A stretch of 56,630 bases of DNA from Bacteroidota bacterium (GTDB taxonomy: Bacteria > Bacteroidota > Bacteroidia > Bacteroidales > VadinHA17). The notes under the pieces were generated by a model. It saw only the letters and a program-made list of their open reading frames with translations, had not been told where the DNA came from and searched no databases. Position 1 is the first letter of the stretch. The number at the start of each line of letters is the position of its first letter. Below, in pieces: positions 21,199 through 31,700 of the stretch. The stretch lies in the NCBI GenBank assembly GCA_011042635.1, contig DQWH01000073.1, positions 1 to 56,630 on the forward strand. Reading direction: 5' to 3'. A program made the position numbers and the translations under genes.

Positions 21199-23814
21199 AT
21201 GAAGCGTTACTTGTGTGTTTTTCTGATGCTCGTACTGGCTCATCAGGGATTTTCGCAGGGGTTCCCCAAAAGACTGTATACCACCCACCGTATTGATAAT
21301 CCTCCGGTAATTGACGGTAATCTGGATGACGAGGCATGGATGCAGGGCGAATGGCAGGGTGATTTTATTCAGTTTGAGCCCTATGAAGGTCGGTCTCCGT
21401 CAAAGCCTACCGAATTTAACATTCTTTTCGACGACCTGTACCTGTATGTGGCCATGAAATGCTATGACCATCCAGACAGTATTACCGTCAGAATGACCCG
21501 ACGGGACAATGATGACGGCGATATGGTAATGGTCCTGTTCGACAGTTACCATGATCTGCGAACCGGTTTTGTTTTCGGTGTTACTGCCGCCGGAGTGCGC
21601 CTTGATGTTATCATGTCTAATGACGGGGCCAATGAAGACGCCTCGTGGGACCCCATCTGGCAGGCCAAGACAAAGATACACGACTGGGGTTGGGTGGTCG
21701 AGATGAAAATACCCTTTACACAGCTCAGATTTGAAAAGAATTCCTCCGAGGTGTGGGGGCTGGAGGTTGCCCGGATGATCTACCGCTACAATGAAACAAA
21801 CCTCTGGCAACCGATCAGTCGCACTTCCTCGGGCATCGTGCATGCCAGTGGAGAAATGACGGGACTTCAGGAAATCACTCCCCGCAAGCAGTTCGATGTG
21901 GTACCCTATGGCGTGGCAAGCTACCATACTTCGGAACCTGAACCGGGAAATCCTTTTGCCACAGGAAGAGAATTCAGATACAATGCGGGCCTTGATGCCA
22001 AAGTGGGAATTACCAACAACCTTACCCTTGATCTTACCGTCAATCCCGATTTCGGCCAGGTGGAAGCCGATCCCTCGGAAGTGAATCTGACAGCTTTCGA
22101 GACTTTCTTTCAGGAAAAAAGACCGTTCTTTATTGAAGGAAGCAGCATTACCAGTTTCAATGTGGGTCTGGGAGACGGGGAAGCAGGGAACGACAACCTG
22201 TTCTATTCCCGCAGAATTGGACGCAGGCCCCACGGCTATCCCGACCTGGAAGAGGAAGAATATGCCAGGGTTCCCAGTTTTACCAATATTCTGGGTGCGG
22301 CCAAAATTACGGGAAAAACCGAGAAGGGGCTTTCTGTGGGTATCCTGGAAAGTGTGACCGCCGAGGTGAAGGCCGAGATAGATCGTGAGGGGGAACGCCG
22401 GAGTGAAGTGGTGGAGCCTTTGACCAACTACAGCCTGGTGAGGTTACAGAAGGACCTGGACCAGGGAAACACCATTTTCGGGGGTATGGTAACTTCTACC
22501 AACCGAAAGCTGGATGGTACCGGAATAGACTGGATGCATTCGGGAGCTTATACGGGAGGGATCGATTTTACGCAGTATTTCCGGGAGAAGAGCTACCTGC
22601 TCAGCACTTCATTGATTATGAGCCATGTTACAGGCCCGGAAGAAGCCATTACCGCAACCCAGCGTTCATCGGCCCGGTATTTTCAGCGACCCGATGCAGA
22701 CCATATGGAGTATGACTCAACACGGACATCCCTTACGGGCCACGGCGGTAAACTCGAGTTCGGAAAGGTTTCGGGGAATTTTAATTTCCTGTTCATGAAC
22801 ATATGGAAAAGTCCGGGGCTGGAACTCAATGATATGGGCTTTATGAGAGAAGCGGATTTTATACTGAACGTGCTGTGGGGAGGATACCATTTTACAGAAC
22901 CGTTCAGTATTTTCAGAAGCCTCAGACTGAACAGCGATGTGGTATCGGCATTTGATTTCGGAGGGAACCTCACGGGTCTTTCCTATGAGGGAAACATACA
23001 GGCCGATTTTCTGAATCACTGGGATTTCGGGATAGGCGGAGGATACAATTTTTTCCAGCTTTCCAATACCCTCCTGAGGGGAGGCCCTTCCATGCTGTTA
23101 CCGGCCGACGGAAGGCTGTGGTACTATTTGGCCACCGACCAGCGGAAAAAGGTTCATATAAAATTCCGCGGGAACCTCAACCGGGGCACAGGAGGCTATA
23201 CCAAAAGAAACGGGTACTCCGTGTCGCTCATGTTCAGGCCTGTAAATACCATGACCGTTTCTCTGAACCCCTCCTTTATGAAATCAATGAATGAGTTACA
23301 GTACCTTGAAACGCTTGATCTGAACGGAGAGGAAAGTTACCTGTTTGGCACGGTGAACCAGAAAATTTTCAGCTTGTCGCTGCGGGTGAATTACAGCATA
23401 CTGCCCGACCTTTCGATACAGTACTGGGGACAACCCTTCTCGGGCGATATCCGGTTCAGTGAATTCAAGATTATTACCGATCCGAAAGCCCGGAAGTATA
23501 CGGATCGTTTTCATGTGTATGAGGAAGGGACAGAGATCAACTACGTTGACGGGGATTATTATGTTGACAACGGGGAATACAGCTTCGATTTTTCCAATCC
23601 CGATTTCAAGACTAACGAATGGCTGTCGAACCTGGTGGTGCGATGGGAATTCCTTCCCGGATCCACTGCCTATCTGGTCTGGTCACAGACAAGAAATTAC
23701 AATGGAGAACCGGGAAGCTACAGCCTGGGAGAAAACCTGGACCGGCTTTTTACTCATGAAAAGGCGGATAACGTATTTATGATCAAGTTTTCCTATCGGA
23801 TCGGCCTGAGGTAG
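21199..23814 (+). CDS. CBM9-like / DUF5916 domain outer-membrane-type protein
   Basis: 871-aa ORF with a signal peptide. The N-terminal IDGNLDDEAWMQGEWQGDFIQFEPYEG pattern recalls CBM9/DUF5916 proteins. The rest is a long beta-rich region ending in an aromatic-rich terminus. Confidence 0.55.
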   Translation: MKRYLCVFLMLVLAHQGFSQGFPKRLYTTHRIDNPPVIDGNLDDEAWMQGEWQGDFIQFEPYEGRSPSKPTEFNILFDDLYLYVAMKCYDHPDSITVRMTRRDNDDGDMVMVLFDSYHDLRTGFVFGVTAAGVRLDVIMSNDGANEDASWDPIWQAKTKIHDWGWVVEMKIPFTQLRFEKNSSEVWGLEVARMIYRYNETNLWQPISRTSSGIVHASGEMTGLQEITPRKQFDVVPYGVASYHTSEPEPGNPFATGREFRYNAGLDAKVGITNNLTLDLTVNPDFGQVEADPSEVNLTAFETFFQEKRPFFIEGSSITSFNVGLGDGEAGNDNLFYSRRIGRRPHGYPDLEEEEYARVPSFTNILGAAKITGKTEKGLSVGILESVTAEVKAEIDREGERRSEVVEPLTNYSLVRLQKDLDQGNTIFGGMVTSTNRKLDGTGIDWMHSGAYTGGIDFTQYFREKSYLLSTSLIMSHVTGPEEAITATQRSSARYFQRPDADHMEYDSTRTSLTGHGGKLEFGKVSGNFNFLFMNIWKSPGLELNDMGFMREADFILNVLWGGYHFTEPFSIFRSLRLNSDVVSAFDFGGNLTGLSYEGNIQADFLNHWDFGIGGGYNFFQLSNTLLRGGPSMLLPADGRLWYYLATDQRKKVHIKFRGNLNRGTGGYTKRNGYSVSLMFRPVNTMTVSLNPSFMKSMNELQYLETLDLNGEESYLFGTVNQKIFSLSLRVNYSILPDLSIQYWGQPFSGDIRFSEFKIITDPKARKYTDRFHVYEEGTEINYVDGDYYVDNGEYSFDFSNPDFKTNEWLSNLVVRWEFLPGSTAYLVWSQTRNYNGEPGSYSLGENLDRLFTHEKADNVFMIKFSYRIGLR

Positions 23815-23876
23815 GAATTGTCTTCCTGCTCCGGGTTCATTATCTTTGATGATGTATACCATTAAAAAGCAGAAAG

Positions 23877-24587
23877 ATGAAAACCACGTGGCTTATGTTC
23901 CTGTTCGCATGGATGCAATCCGGGCTTTTCGCCCAGGATTATCAGAAAGATGTTATTGCCACTTCATCAGGCGATCTGGAGATTACCTTCATTGCCCACG
24001 GTACCCTGATGATGCAGTACCAGGGCAGGGTGATCCATATCGATCCGGTTTCGATGTTCGGTACCGATTATGCAAAGATGCCCGATGCCGATCTGATCCT
24101 GATTACCCATGCTCACGGCGATCACCTGGATCCCGATGCCATTGCCAGGATCCGCACGGACAAAACCATGACCATTCTGACCAACCAGTGTTTTGAACGG
24201 CTCGGGTTTGGCCAGGTGATGGCCAACGGTGACCAGAAAACGGTGTTCGGGATAAGGATCGAGGCGGTTCCCGCCTACAACTTGAAATCAGCTTACCATC
24301 CCAAAGGGGTGGGCAACGGGTATGTGTTGCATTTCGGGGATAAGAAGGTGTATGTGGCAGGGGATACGGAGAATATCCCCGAAATGAGCGATCTGAAGGA
24401 TATCGATGTAGCTTTTCTGCCCATGAACCGGCCTTACACCATGACTCCCGAAATGGTGGCCGAAGCAGCCCGGAGATTCCGTCCGAAAATTCTGTATCCC
24501 TACCACTACGGCGATACGGATACCGGAAAACTGGTGGAATTGCTGAAAGACGAGGAGGATATTGAGGTGAGGATCAGGAAGATGTAG
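23877..24587 (+). CDS. MBL-fold metallo-hydrolase, secreted
   Basis: 236-aa ORF with a signal peptide and the metallo-beta-lactamase motif LILITHAHGDHLD. Confidence 0.8.
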   Translation: MKTTWLMFLFAWMQSGLFAQDYQKDVIATSSGDLEITFIAHGTLMMQYQGRVIHIDPVSMFGTDYAKMPDADLILITHAHGDHLDPDAIARIRTDKTMTILTNQCFERLGFGQVMANGDQKTVFGIRIEAVPAYNLKSAYHPKGVGNGYVLHFGDKKVYVAGDTENIPEMSDLKDIDVAFLPMNRPYTMTPEMVAEAARRFRPKILYPYHYGDTDTGKLVELLKDEEDIEVRIRKM

Positions 24588-24639
24588 AAAATTTCTCTGT
24601 ATGTGTAATTTGCATTATGTAAATTGCATAATGTAGGGT

Positions 24640-24663
24640 TTGCTGAAAAAGTCAGCAATTTTT
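24640..24663 (+). terminator. Rho-independent terminator of the MBL-hydrolase gene
   Basis: TTGCTGA-aaaag-TCAGCAA followed by TTTTT. It is the last native-looking element before the island. Confidence 0.65.
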
Positions 24664-24748
24664 GTTTCCATTTATACAGATTTACTCCGTCCTCATAAAT
24701 ATCTTTCCAAAAATCAACCTCAATATTAAGGACAAAAAATACTCCTTC

Positions 24749-24919
24749 TCATATTTCAGCAGGTTTATGACAAAAGGGATAGCGCTGATCCAGCTTTCGG
24801 ATGTGTTCTGCCAGATATCGACGTACCGTTTCCCGGTTTATCCTTAACTCACGCGCTATTCTGCGTTCTGAATAACCATCCCGGAACCTGTGCAGGATAA
24901 TTTTTTGCTTCGTACTCAT
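24749..24919 (-). pseudogene. Stub of a transposase N-terminal HTH domain (IS21/IS30-like), 56 codons
   Basis: My translation is MSTKQKIILHRFRDGYSERRIARELRINRETVRRYLAEHIRKLDQRYPFCHKPAEI*. It has a typical transposase HTH and no catalytic part follows. Confidence 0.5.
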
Positions 24920-24990
24920 TCTTATCATTTTTTATTCTTCTCTCATTGGTAAAAATGAGTGAAGATAAGCATTGATAAGTGGTATGGTTT

Positions 24991-25197
24991 TCAACTGAAA
25001 TTTGGTATGGTTTTCAACCGGTATATACAATGCAGGCTGCTCTATCAGTCTTTGAATACATTGAGTCGTGGTACAATACCGATAGAATTCATTCTGCCCT
25101 GGAAATGTCGATAAAAGATTTTAATGCAATAAATAATGAACAAAAATTAGTAGCTTAACCTACTGCCCGAGAATGGGTAGAAACCTCATAACTATCA
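24991..25197 (+). mobile_element. 3'-terminal fragment of an IS3-family element (last ~55 codons of orfB plus terminal inverted repeat)
   Basis: My translation is ..STEIWYGFQPVYTMQAALSVFEYIESWYNTDRIHSALEMSIKDFNAINNEQKLVA*, with the stop at 25156-25158. This is the conserved IS3 OrfB C-terminus. The downstream GCTTAAC...ACTATCA ending at 25197 resembles the reverse complement of the terminus at 45618-45653. Confidence 0.65.
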
Positions 25198-25210
25198 GAT
25201 TAAGTCTTGA

Positions 25211-25444
25211 CTAATTCAGGTGATATTTAAGAGTGTAAATAAATTCAAGTACCGGGGCCACATCATCTTTTGCATTGCATAAACAACATATGGTGTCCTG
25301 GTCTATATCCAAAACTCCAAAATAGACTGGTTGCCTGTCTTTCAATTTAATTATCCAAACGGTGCCTATAAAACTGAATGACCAGTTACCGAATGGATTT
25401 ATCATCATCATTTCAGTAATTCTGTATCTGTCTTTATTGTCCAT
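25211..25444 (-). CDS. orphan hypothetical protein (77 aa)
   Basis: This is only an ORF in AT-rich debris between the IS3 fragment and the integrase remnant. It has no recognisable motif and coding status is uncertain. Confidence 0.25.
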   Translation of the reverse strand: MDNKDRYRITEMMMINPFGNWSFSFIGTVWIIKLKDRQPVYFGVLDIDQDTICCLCNAKDDVAPVLEFIYTLKYHLN

Positions 25445-25617
25445 ATAATCATATGTATAGGTATCTACTCCTTTGATGCCCCCCGGGGAAGGGGGTGGGT
25501 CAATCTGTACCGGGGTGTTCTATTAAGATCTTTTGCACCTCTTTGAATCAATTATCGGAAACGAACAAGAAATTTCTGCAGGAAAAAATCAAAAACATAT
25601 CCATGGATTATAAAATA

Positions 25618-26732
25618 TTACAATTTATTATAACTATAAACGAATATATATCTGATAAATACGGGTTGCTCTATTAATGCAGGGAACATGTATTGCTTCA
25701 CCTGGCTTGCATGGTCCACATCGTCAATCCGCAAATAGTGGAGGGTGTGCTTAACATTCTGATGGCCGAGCAGGATCTGCAATAAATGAACAGGTAGTTT
25801 TCGATCGAAGCATAAGATCGATGCAAAAGTCTTCCGTGCCATTTTATTATTCAGTTTGAAATCAATTCCGGCCAGTTCACTGATTCTTTCAGGATGTTTA
25901 TTGAAGTGTGTTAGTAAAAAATTTAATAGGAAATTCTTACCGGTGGAAAGTTTATATTCTTTGATGGTTTGATCACCGATGAATATCCCCTCAGATTCTA
26001 TCGGAATACTCTTGCACAGGCTCCCGTTCTTTGTTCTTCGGTATTTAAAAATTTGAAATCTCCATCATTCAGGATTGATATTTTGGACTTTTCTGGATGT
26101 CAGAGTGATACATCCCGAAGGAGATCATAAATAGAAAGCAATCGAGGGAATGAATCAGATTTCCCCGTTTCATTTTGAATTGCAATTCCTGCAGTTCTGC
26201 CGGGATATTATCCGTGAAGTCATTGGCTTCAAGATCGATTTCGCCTGATGTTATCTGTCTTATTAATTCGATGAGTCTTTTCACCTGTTGAACAGTCAGT
26301 GTAATATCATCCGGCAGGTTCCAGGTTATCATATTCTTCGGTGTATACAGAATTCTTATAGGTTGGATCGACATTTACTCTATTAACTTCATCCATGCGT
26401 ATAAATGCTTTCACCCTGGTATGAAGCTTAACCTGTAATTATGTTTTCCCTTTATGAAGTGATTGAAATTATCAAGAACCGCCTTATTGATTTCTGAGGG
26501 ATGCCCGTTCAGCTTATTCTTCTCTTAGGTATCTTTTGAAATATTCCCCGGCCGACAGATATGACGTGATAGTAGTTTTAACAAGTTTATTGCGGGTCTT
26601 TTTATTGCTACTGTTCTTCTTGTAGGCAATGAATTCATCGAAGTAACTGAGAATGGATGTCTTTTTCCTGACCTGCATATTGATGTACTGGTCAATAAAT
26701 TCTTCTACAGCTTCTCGTGTAATTTCTCCCTT
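25618..26732 (-). pseudogene. tyrosine recombinase/integrase, 5'-truncated and multiply frameshifted
   Basis: Pieces lie in different frames. The SAM-like N-domain is at 26514-26732 (SILSYFDEFIAYKK...TITSYLSAGEYFKRYL). The core is at 26069-26374 (LTVQQVKRL..., CFLFMISFGMYHSDIQ). The catalytic C-terminus is at 25618-25842 (ARKTFASILCFDRKLPVHLLQILLGHQNVKHTLHYLRI, the R...H..R...Y region). Further in-between fragments read in other frames. Confidence 0.75.
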
Positions 26733-26876
26733 TTCGACTCGGTACTGAACGGGAACTCCCGCAGGGACCTCCGCTTTATGGATTTCTTCCCGGCTGCAAT
26801 TGTGGATATGCATCAACAGGGAGCGCAGGCTGTTGCCGTGGGCGGCTACCGGCACATTTCTGCCGACAGTGAAACA
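26733..26876 (-). pseudogene. gpmA: internal fragment of 2,3-BPG-dependent phosphoglycerate mutase fused to the integrase remnant
   Basis: CFTVGRNVPVAAHGNSLRSLLMHIHNCSREEIHKAEVPAGVPVQYRVE matches the GpmA segment ..RVIIAAHGNSLRAL......EEI..L.IPTGVPLVYE. It is preceded by an in-frame TGA, and both the N-terminal ~175 aa and the C-terminal ~28 aa are missing. Confidence 0.7.
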
Positions 26877-26902
26877 TCATATGCCCGAACCAGACTTTTC
26901 TA

Positions 26903-26910
26903 TATCTTTG
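26903..26910 (+). promoter_or_regulatory. Candidate -7 box (TATCTTTG) for the ECF sigma gene
   Basis: TAnnTTTG match 41 nt upstream of the ATG at 26951. Confidence 0.45.
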
Positions 26911-26950
26911 CGGCCTTGATTTAACAACAGGTGACAGCAATTATTCTGAC

Positions 26951-27529
26951 ATGAAAAAATCAGGCCTAAAGACATATACTGACCAGGAGTTGTTTGACAG
27001 CCTTTTCAGGGCGACATATGCCCGCCTGCATAATTTCGCCCGCATGATCCTTGGGCATGAATCCGTAGCTGATGACATGGTACAATCGGCATTCATGAAG
27101 CTTTGGCAATCAAAGAGGGAAGCGCTGCACGACCATCCGGAGCGATTGCTTTTTGTGATTGTCAGAAATAATTGTCTGAACTATATCAGGCATCAAAAGA
27201 TCATTAAGGAAAAACACCAGGATCTGCTCAGGGTGAGCCAGTGGGAAGACCTTTACAGAATTGAGTTTATTGGTAACCAGCCATATACTCTCATTCAAAA
27301 GGAGATTGAACATGAGATGGAAGAGATTGTCAACGGCTTGCCCAAACGCTGTGGTGAGGTTTTCAAACTGAGCCGTTTTGACGGCCTTAAGCAGCAGGAA
27401 ATAGCTGACAAGTTGAATATTAGCGTTAAGAGCGTACAAAAACACATTACCCATGCCCTGAAAATCTTCAGGGAAAAGTATGGAGACCAGATTTATTACC
27501 TTTTGATTCTGTACCTCCTGTTAAAGTAA
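26951..27529 (+). CDS. ECF-type sigma-70 family RNA polymerase sigma factor
   Basis: 192-aa ORF. The region 2-like segment is DDMVQSAFMKLWQS...FVIVRNNCLNYIR. The region 4 HTH is CGEVFKLSRFDGLKQQEIADKLNISVKSVQKHITHALKIFR. Confidence 0.9.
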   Translation: MKKSGLKTYTDQELFDSLFRATYARLHNFARMILGHESVADDMVQSAFMKLWQSKREALHDHPERLLFVIVRNNCLNYIRHQKIIKEKHQDLLRVSQWEDLYRIEFIGNQPYTLIQKEIEHEMEEIVNGLPKRCGEVFKLSRFDGLKQQEIADKLNISVKSVQKHITHALKIFREKYGDQIYYLLILYLLLK

Positions 27530-27598
27530 GGCGAAGTTTTAATAAAAAAAAACTGATTTCGGGTAGGGGATCAGCCCGGTCAGGTGTTTGTTTTATGT

Positions 27599-28600
27599 AT
27601 GGAGGAAAATAATAAACTCAGGAGCTCTCTGGATGCCTACCTTAACGGGTATGCTAAAGATGAGGATATTGAACGGCTTTCGGGCTGGTTAGCAAAGGAG
27701 CCGGCAAACAGAAACAGGTTCCTGCAACTGTGCAGACGCTTTGAAAGCAAAGACAATAAGATAGAGAAGAAACTCCATGAGCTGCATTCGAAACTGGGGC
27801 TGCCGGAGCACCGTTATAACCACAGGCTTCCTGAGATAGGATATCGTCGTGCAGTAGTACGTACCTTATCGGCAGCAGCTCTTTTTGCCATGGGCATACT
27901 CTCGGGTGTATTAATTTACCGACTAAGCCATAATGTTGACAGGCAGCAATATACGGAAGTTTTCACTCCTCGTGGCGAGAAGACGAAGGTACGCTTGCCC
28001 GACAGCACTATAGTATACCTAAACTCCGAGAGCAGCCTGAAGTTCTTGGCTGACAACTTTCATAAGGAGCGACAGGTAGACCTTACCGGGGAGGCCTACT
28101 TCGAAATAGCCCAGGACAGCCGGGAACCCTTTGATGTAAACACTCATGACTACACGGTCAGGGCCACAGGCACGGCATTCAACGTTATGGCATATGCTGA
28201 TTTTAAGCGTACCGAAACCACGCTGGTTTCCGGAAAGGTGAATATCCTGTACCGGGACAAAACCATACCATTGGAACCTAATACAAAATTCATCCTTAGA
28301 GGCAATACCATTTCAGTTGAAGAAGCTGAGGTGTTTTCAGAAACCTGCTGGAAGGACAACAAATTTAATTTCAACAAGATCCCTTTTACGGAGCTTATCC
28401 GCAGACTGGAACGCTGGTACAATGTAGATATAGCAATTAACGAACCCGGAGCGTTTGCCGATCAATATTATTCAGGGACCTTCAGACATGAAGAAACCAT
28501 ATGGCAGGTACTGGATGTGATCCGCATGACCACTCCCTTTGACTACGAGACTATTGGTTTTCGTGAAATATCAATTACTGCTAAACCTAACAACAACTAA
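27599..28600 (+). CDS. FecR-family anti-sigma factor
   Basis: Start taken at the ATG at 27599. It has one TM helix (LSAAALFAMGILSGVLIY) and the FecR core VRLPDSTIVYLNSESSLKF...LTGEAYFEI...VRATGTAFNV. Confidence 0.9.
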   Translation: MEENNKLRSSLDAYLNGYAKDEDIERLSGWLAKEPANRNRFLQLCRRFESKDNKIEKKLHELHSKLGLPEHRYNHRLPEIGYRRAVVRTLSAAALFAMGILSGVLIYRLSHNVDRQQYTEVFTPRGEKTKVRLPDSTIVYLNSESSLKFLADNFHKERQVDLTGEAYFEIAQDSREPFDVNTHDYTVRATGTAFNVMAYADFKRTETTLVSGKVNILYRDKTIPLEPNTKFILRGNTISVEEAEVFSETCWKDNKFNFNKIPFTELIRRLERWYNVDIAINEPGAFADQYYSGTFRHEETIWQVLDVIRMTTPFDYETIGFREISITAKPNNN

Positions 28601-28708
28601 CAAATGAAAAAAATAATCAAGGGGCCTTAAGTATCAGGGGAAGAGCTGCGACCTCCTCCCCTGAAAAACAGCGTTAAACACTACGAATAATGTTAACACC
28701 ACAAAATT

Positions 28709-31700
28709 ATGAAAAAAACACCAAACCGAAAGGGAAATTTTATTCCCTGTTCCGATAAGAATATTTTTCGGATTATGAAAATTTCAGCTTTATTATTGCT
28801 TGTTTGCCTGCTACCGGTTTCTGCGTCTACATACTCACAAACCAAAAGGGTATCATTCAAGGTAGAACAGGCCACCATGAAAGAGACTCTGCACAAGATT
28901 GAGCAGAGCACAGAGTTTTCCTTTTTCTATAACGATAATTTGCTTGTCTCTGAGAATAAATACACCTTAGAGGTAGAAGATGAGCTAATTACGGATGTCC
29001 TTGAGAAACTATTAAGCGGGAAGTCTTTAGATTATGTTATAAATGACAAAGTGATTGTCATTGTTCCTGAGAAGAATCAGCAGACCTACACACAGCAGAA
29101 GCTGGTAAGCGGTACTGTTTGTGATGATCAGGGCATCAGCCTTCCCGGTGTTACCATCCGCATAAAAGGTAAAAACATTGGTACTACCACCGATCCCGAT
29201 GGCTATTTTGAGATCCAGGCAGAGATTGATGATGTATTGATCTTTTCCTTTATTGGTATGCGTGAACAGGAGGTAATCATTCAGGATTACACTCCCCTGA
29301 CCATTGTAATGGAGAATGATCTATTGCGCCTGGAAGAAGTGGTAGTCACAGGTGTTGTAGCGCAGACCCAGCGTAAGAAGCTGAGTTTTACAGTTGAAAA
29401 AATCAACTCTGACCTTTTACAAACCGTTCCTGCAGCCAACCTGGCAAATTCACTTACCGGGAAGGTGGCAGGGATAAAGATCAGTAACAACGCCGGGAGC
29501 CCGGGTGCTGATGCCGATATTCAGCTCCGTGGGGCAACGGCCATTTTTGGTTCTTCCAATCCCCTTATTATAATCGATGGTATACTCACCGAAGGACGGC
29601 TCTCTGACATTAACTCAGAAGACATAGAATCCATAGAAGTTGTAAAAGGGGCATCAGCCTCATCTCTCTATGGTTCAAGGGCTGCAAACGGGGTAATCCA
29701 TATTAAAACAAAAAGAGGATCCAATCTGAGCTCCGGCTCAACGGAAATCAACTACAGAAGTGAATTCGGGGCCAGCTACATACCCTTTACCCCCGAGAAA
29801 ACCACCGCTACAAACTTTATAGTAAGCGGTGGAGCTGTAGACTACAATACTCCTTCGGCTGATGGTATTTACGACAATCCCTATCCTACCCTTACCGACC
29901 CCGTGGGCCAGTTTTTCAACCCCGGATCATATAATACCAATTACCTGTCGTACAGTACAAACAGCCAGGATGGTCGTACTTCCCTGTTTGGGTCTCTCCA
30001 CTATACCGATGAAGCCGGTGTGGTAAAGCTCACAGATGGTATGCAACGGACAAACTTCCGCATAAACGCCGACCATTGGATAAGTGACAAGATAAAGGTC
30101 ACCACCTCCAATTTGTACAGTCAATCGACAATTGACCAGCGTGCGGGAGGTATATGGGACCTGTTTTATTATGCCGATCCGGATGTGGATTTACTGGCCC
30201 CCAACGAGGAGGACGGAAGTGCTTACAACGTTGACCCCAACCACAACAATCCACGGCTGGCAAACCCGCTTTACCTGATCAACAATAGCAAGAATTTCGA
30301 AGAAAGAACCCGTTTCCTGGGACATTATGCAGTGCAGTATAAACCCCTTGATTACTTGGACTTTTCATTGGCCTACGGTATCGACCAGATTTCACGCAAC
30401 AGTTTCTCCCTATCACCGAAAGGCCTGTTGCAGGCCGATAGAGATGAGTTAACCTATGGGTCTGTTTACAAGAGCCATAATAATACCACGGCACAGACCG
30501 TACAGGTAGACGGATTCTTTTATAAAAAATTGGGTGATTTCCTTACCAAGGCAAAACTGCAATACCTGTACGAATCGAATGAGTATTCATATTTCGCCGG
30601 TTCCGGAACACACCTGGCTGTAAAGGGCATGGATGTCACCAGCCTGGAGCAGGCATCTGAAGACATTAACATCAGTTCTTATGAGAGTGCCATTGTGGCC
30701 AATAATGTCTCAGGTGTATTTAATCTGGTGTACAAGGACAAATACATTTTTGATGCTTTGATCCGTCAGGACGGAGTGTCCTTGTTTGGGGCAAATGTAC
30801 GGTGGCAGACCTTTTACCGTATGTCGGGCGCCTGGAGGGTCACTGAGGACTTCAGGATTCCTGGCTTTGAGGAACTGAAAGTACGGGCATCATATGGTGT
30901 TGCCGGCTTAAGGCCTCCTTTCGAGTCGCAGTACGAGACCGTAGGGCTCTCGGACGGTACTATTACATCACCGGTAGCAATTGGTAATGCTGACCTGAAA
31001 CCTTCATTTGCCAAGGAGACAGAACTTGGCCTTGATGCTTCTTTCCTGAACAGGTTCTCCTTTACCTTTAACTATGCACACTCGTTCAATACCGACCAGA
31101 TATTGGAAGTACCTGTATCGGCAACTACAGGTTTTGCAACCCAATGGCAAAATGCAGGGAAACTTGAATCGCATGCCCTGGAAGCATCATTAAAAGCCAA
31201 CCTGATAAACAGCAGCGACTGGAATTGGGATATCACACTGCTATGGGACAGGATAACACAAAAGGTTGTGGAACTGAACCGCCCGGGGTATGCTATCATT
31301 TCCGGAGGTATTTTCCGTATTGAAGAAGGCCAGGATTTTGGTACCCTCTACGGTCATAAATGGGCAACAAGCCTTGAGGAAGTGGCTAACCAGGTGCCGG
31401 AAGGTATGGCAGTGGAAGATTACTTTACAATTAATAACCAGGGGTTTGTAGTACGTACAACAACCATCGGTACCGTGGATGAAGAACCCATTAAAATAAA
31501 AGATGACAATGGGAACGACAAAGAGATGGTCATAGGGTCGGTCATCCCCGATTTCAACATGAACCTGTCCAGTTTCCTGACCTACAAGAACCTTGAATTG
31601 TATATGCTATGGGGTTATCAGCAGGGAGGGGAAACCTACAACCACATGCGCAGGTATATGATGATCAATGGAGTATCTTCGGAGCTTGACCAGACAGGCA

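Noticed and set aside
24662-24847. 61-aa plus-strand ORF at the left island edge, and the 60-aa ORF at 25495-25677.
   Set aside because: The first overlaps the better-supported minus-strand transposase HTH stub. Both are AT-rich with no motifs and are probably chance ORFs in degraded DNA.
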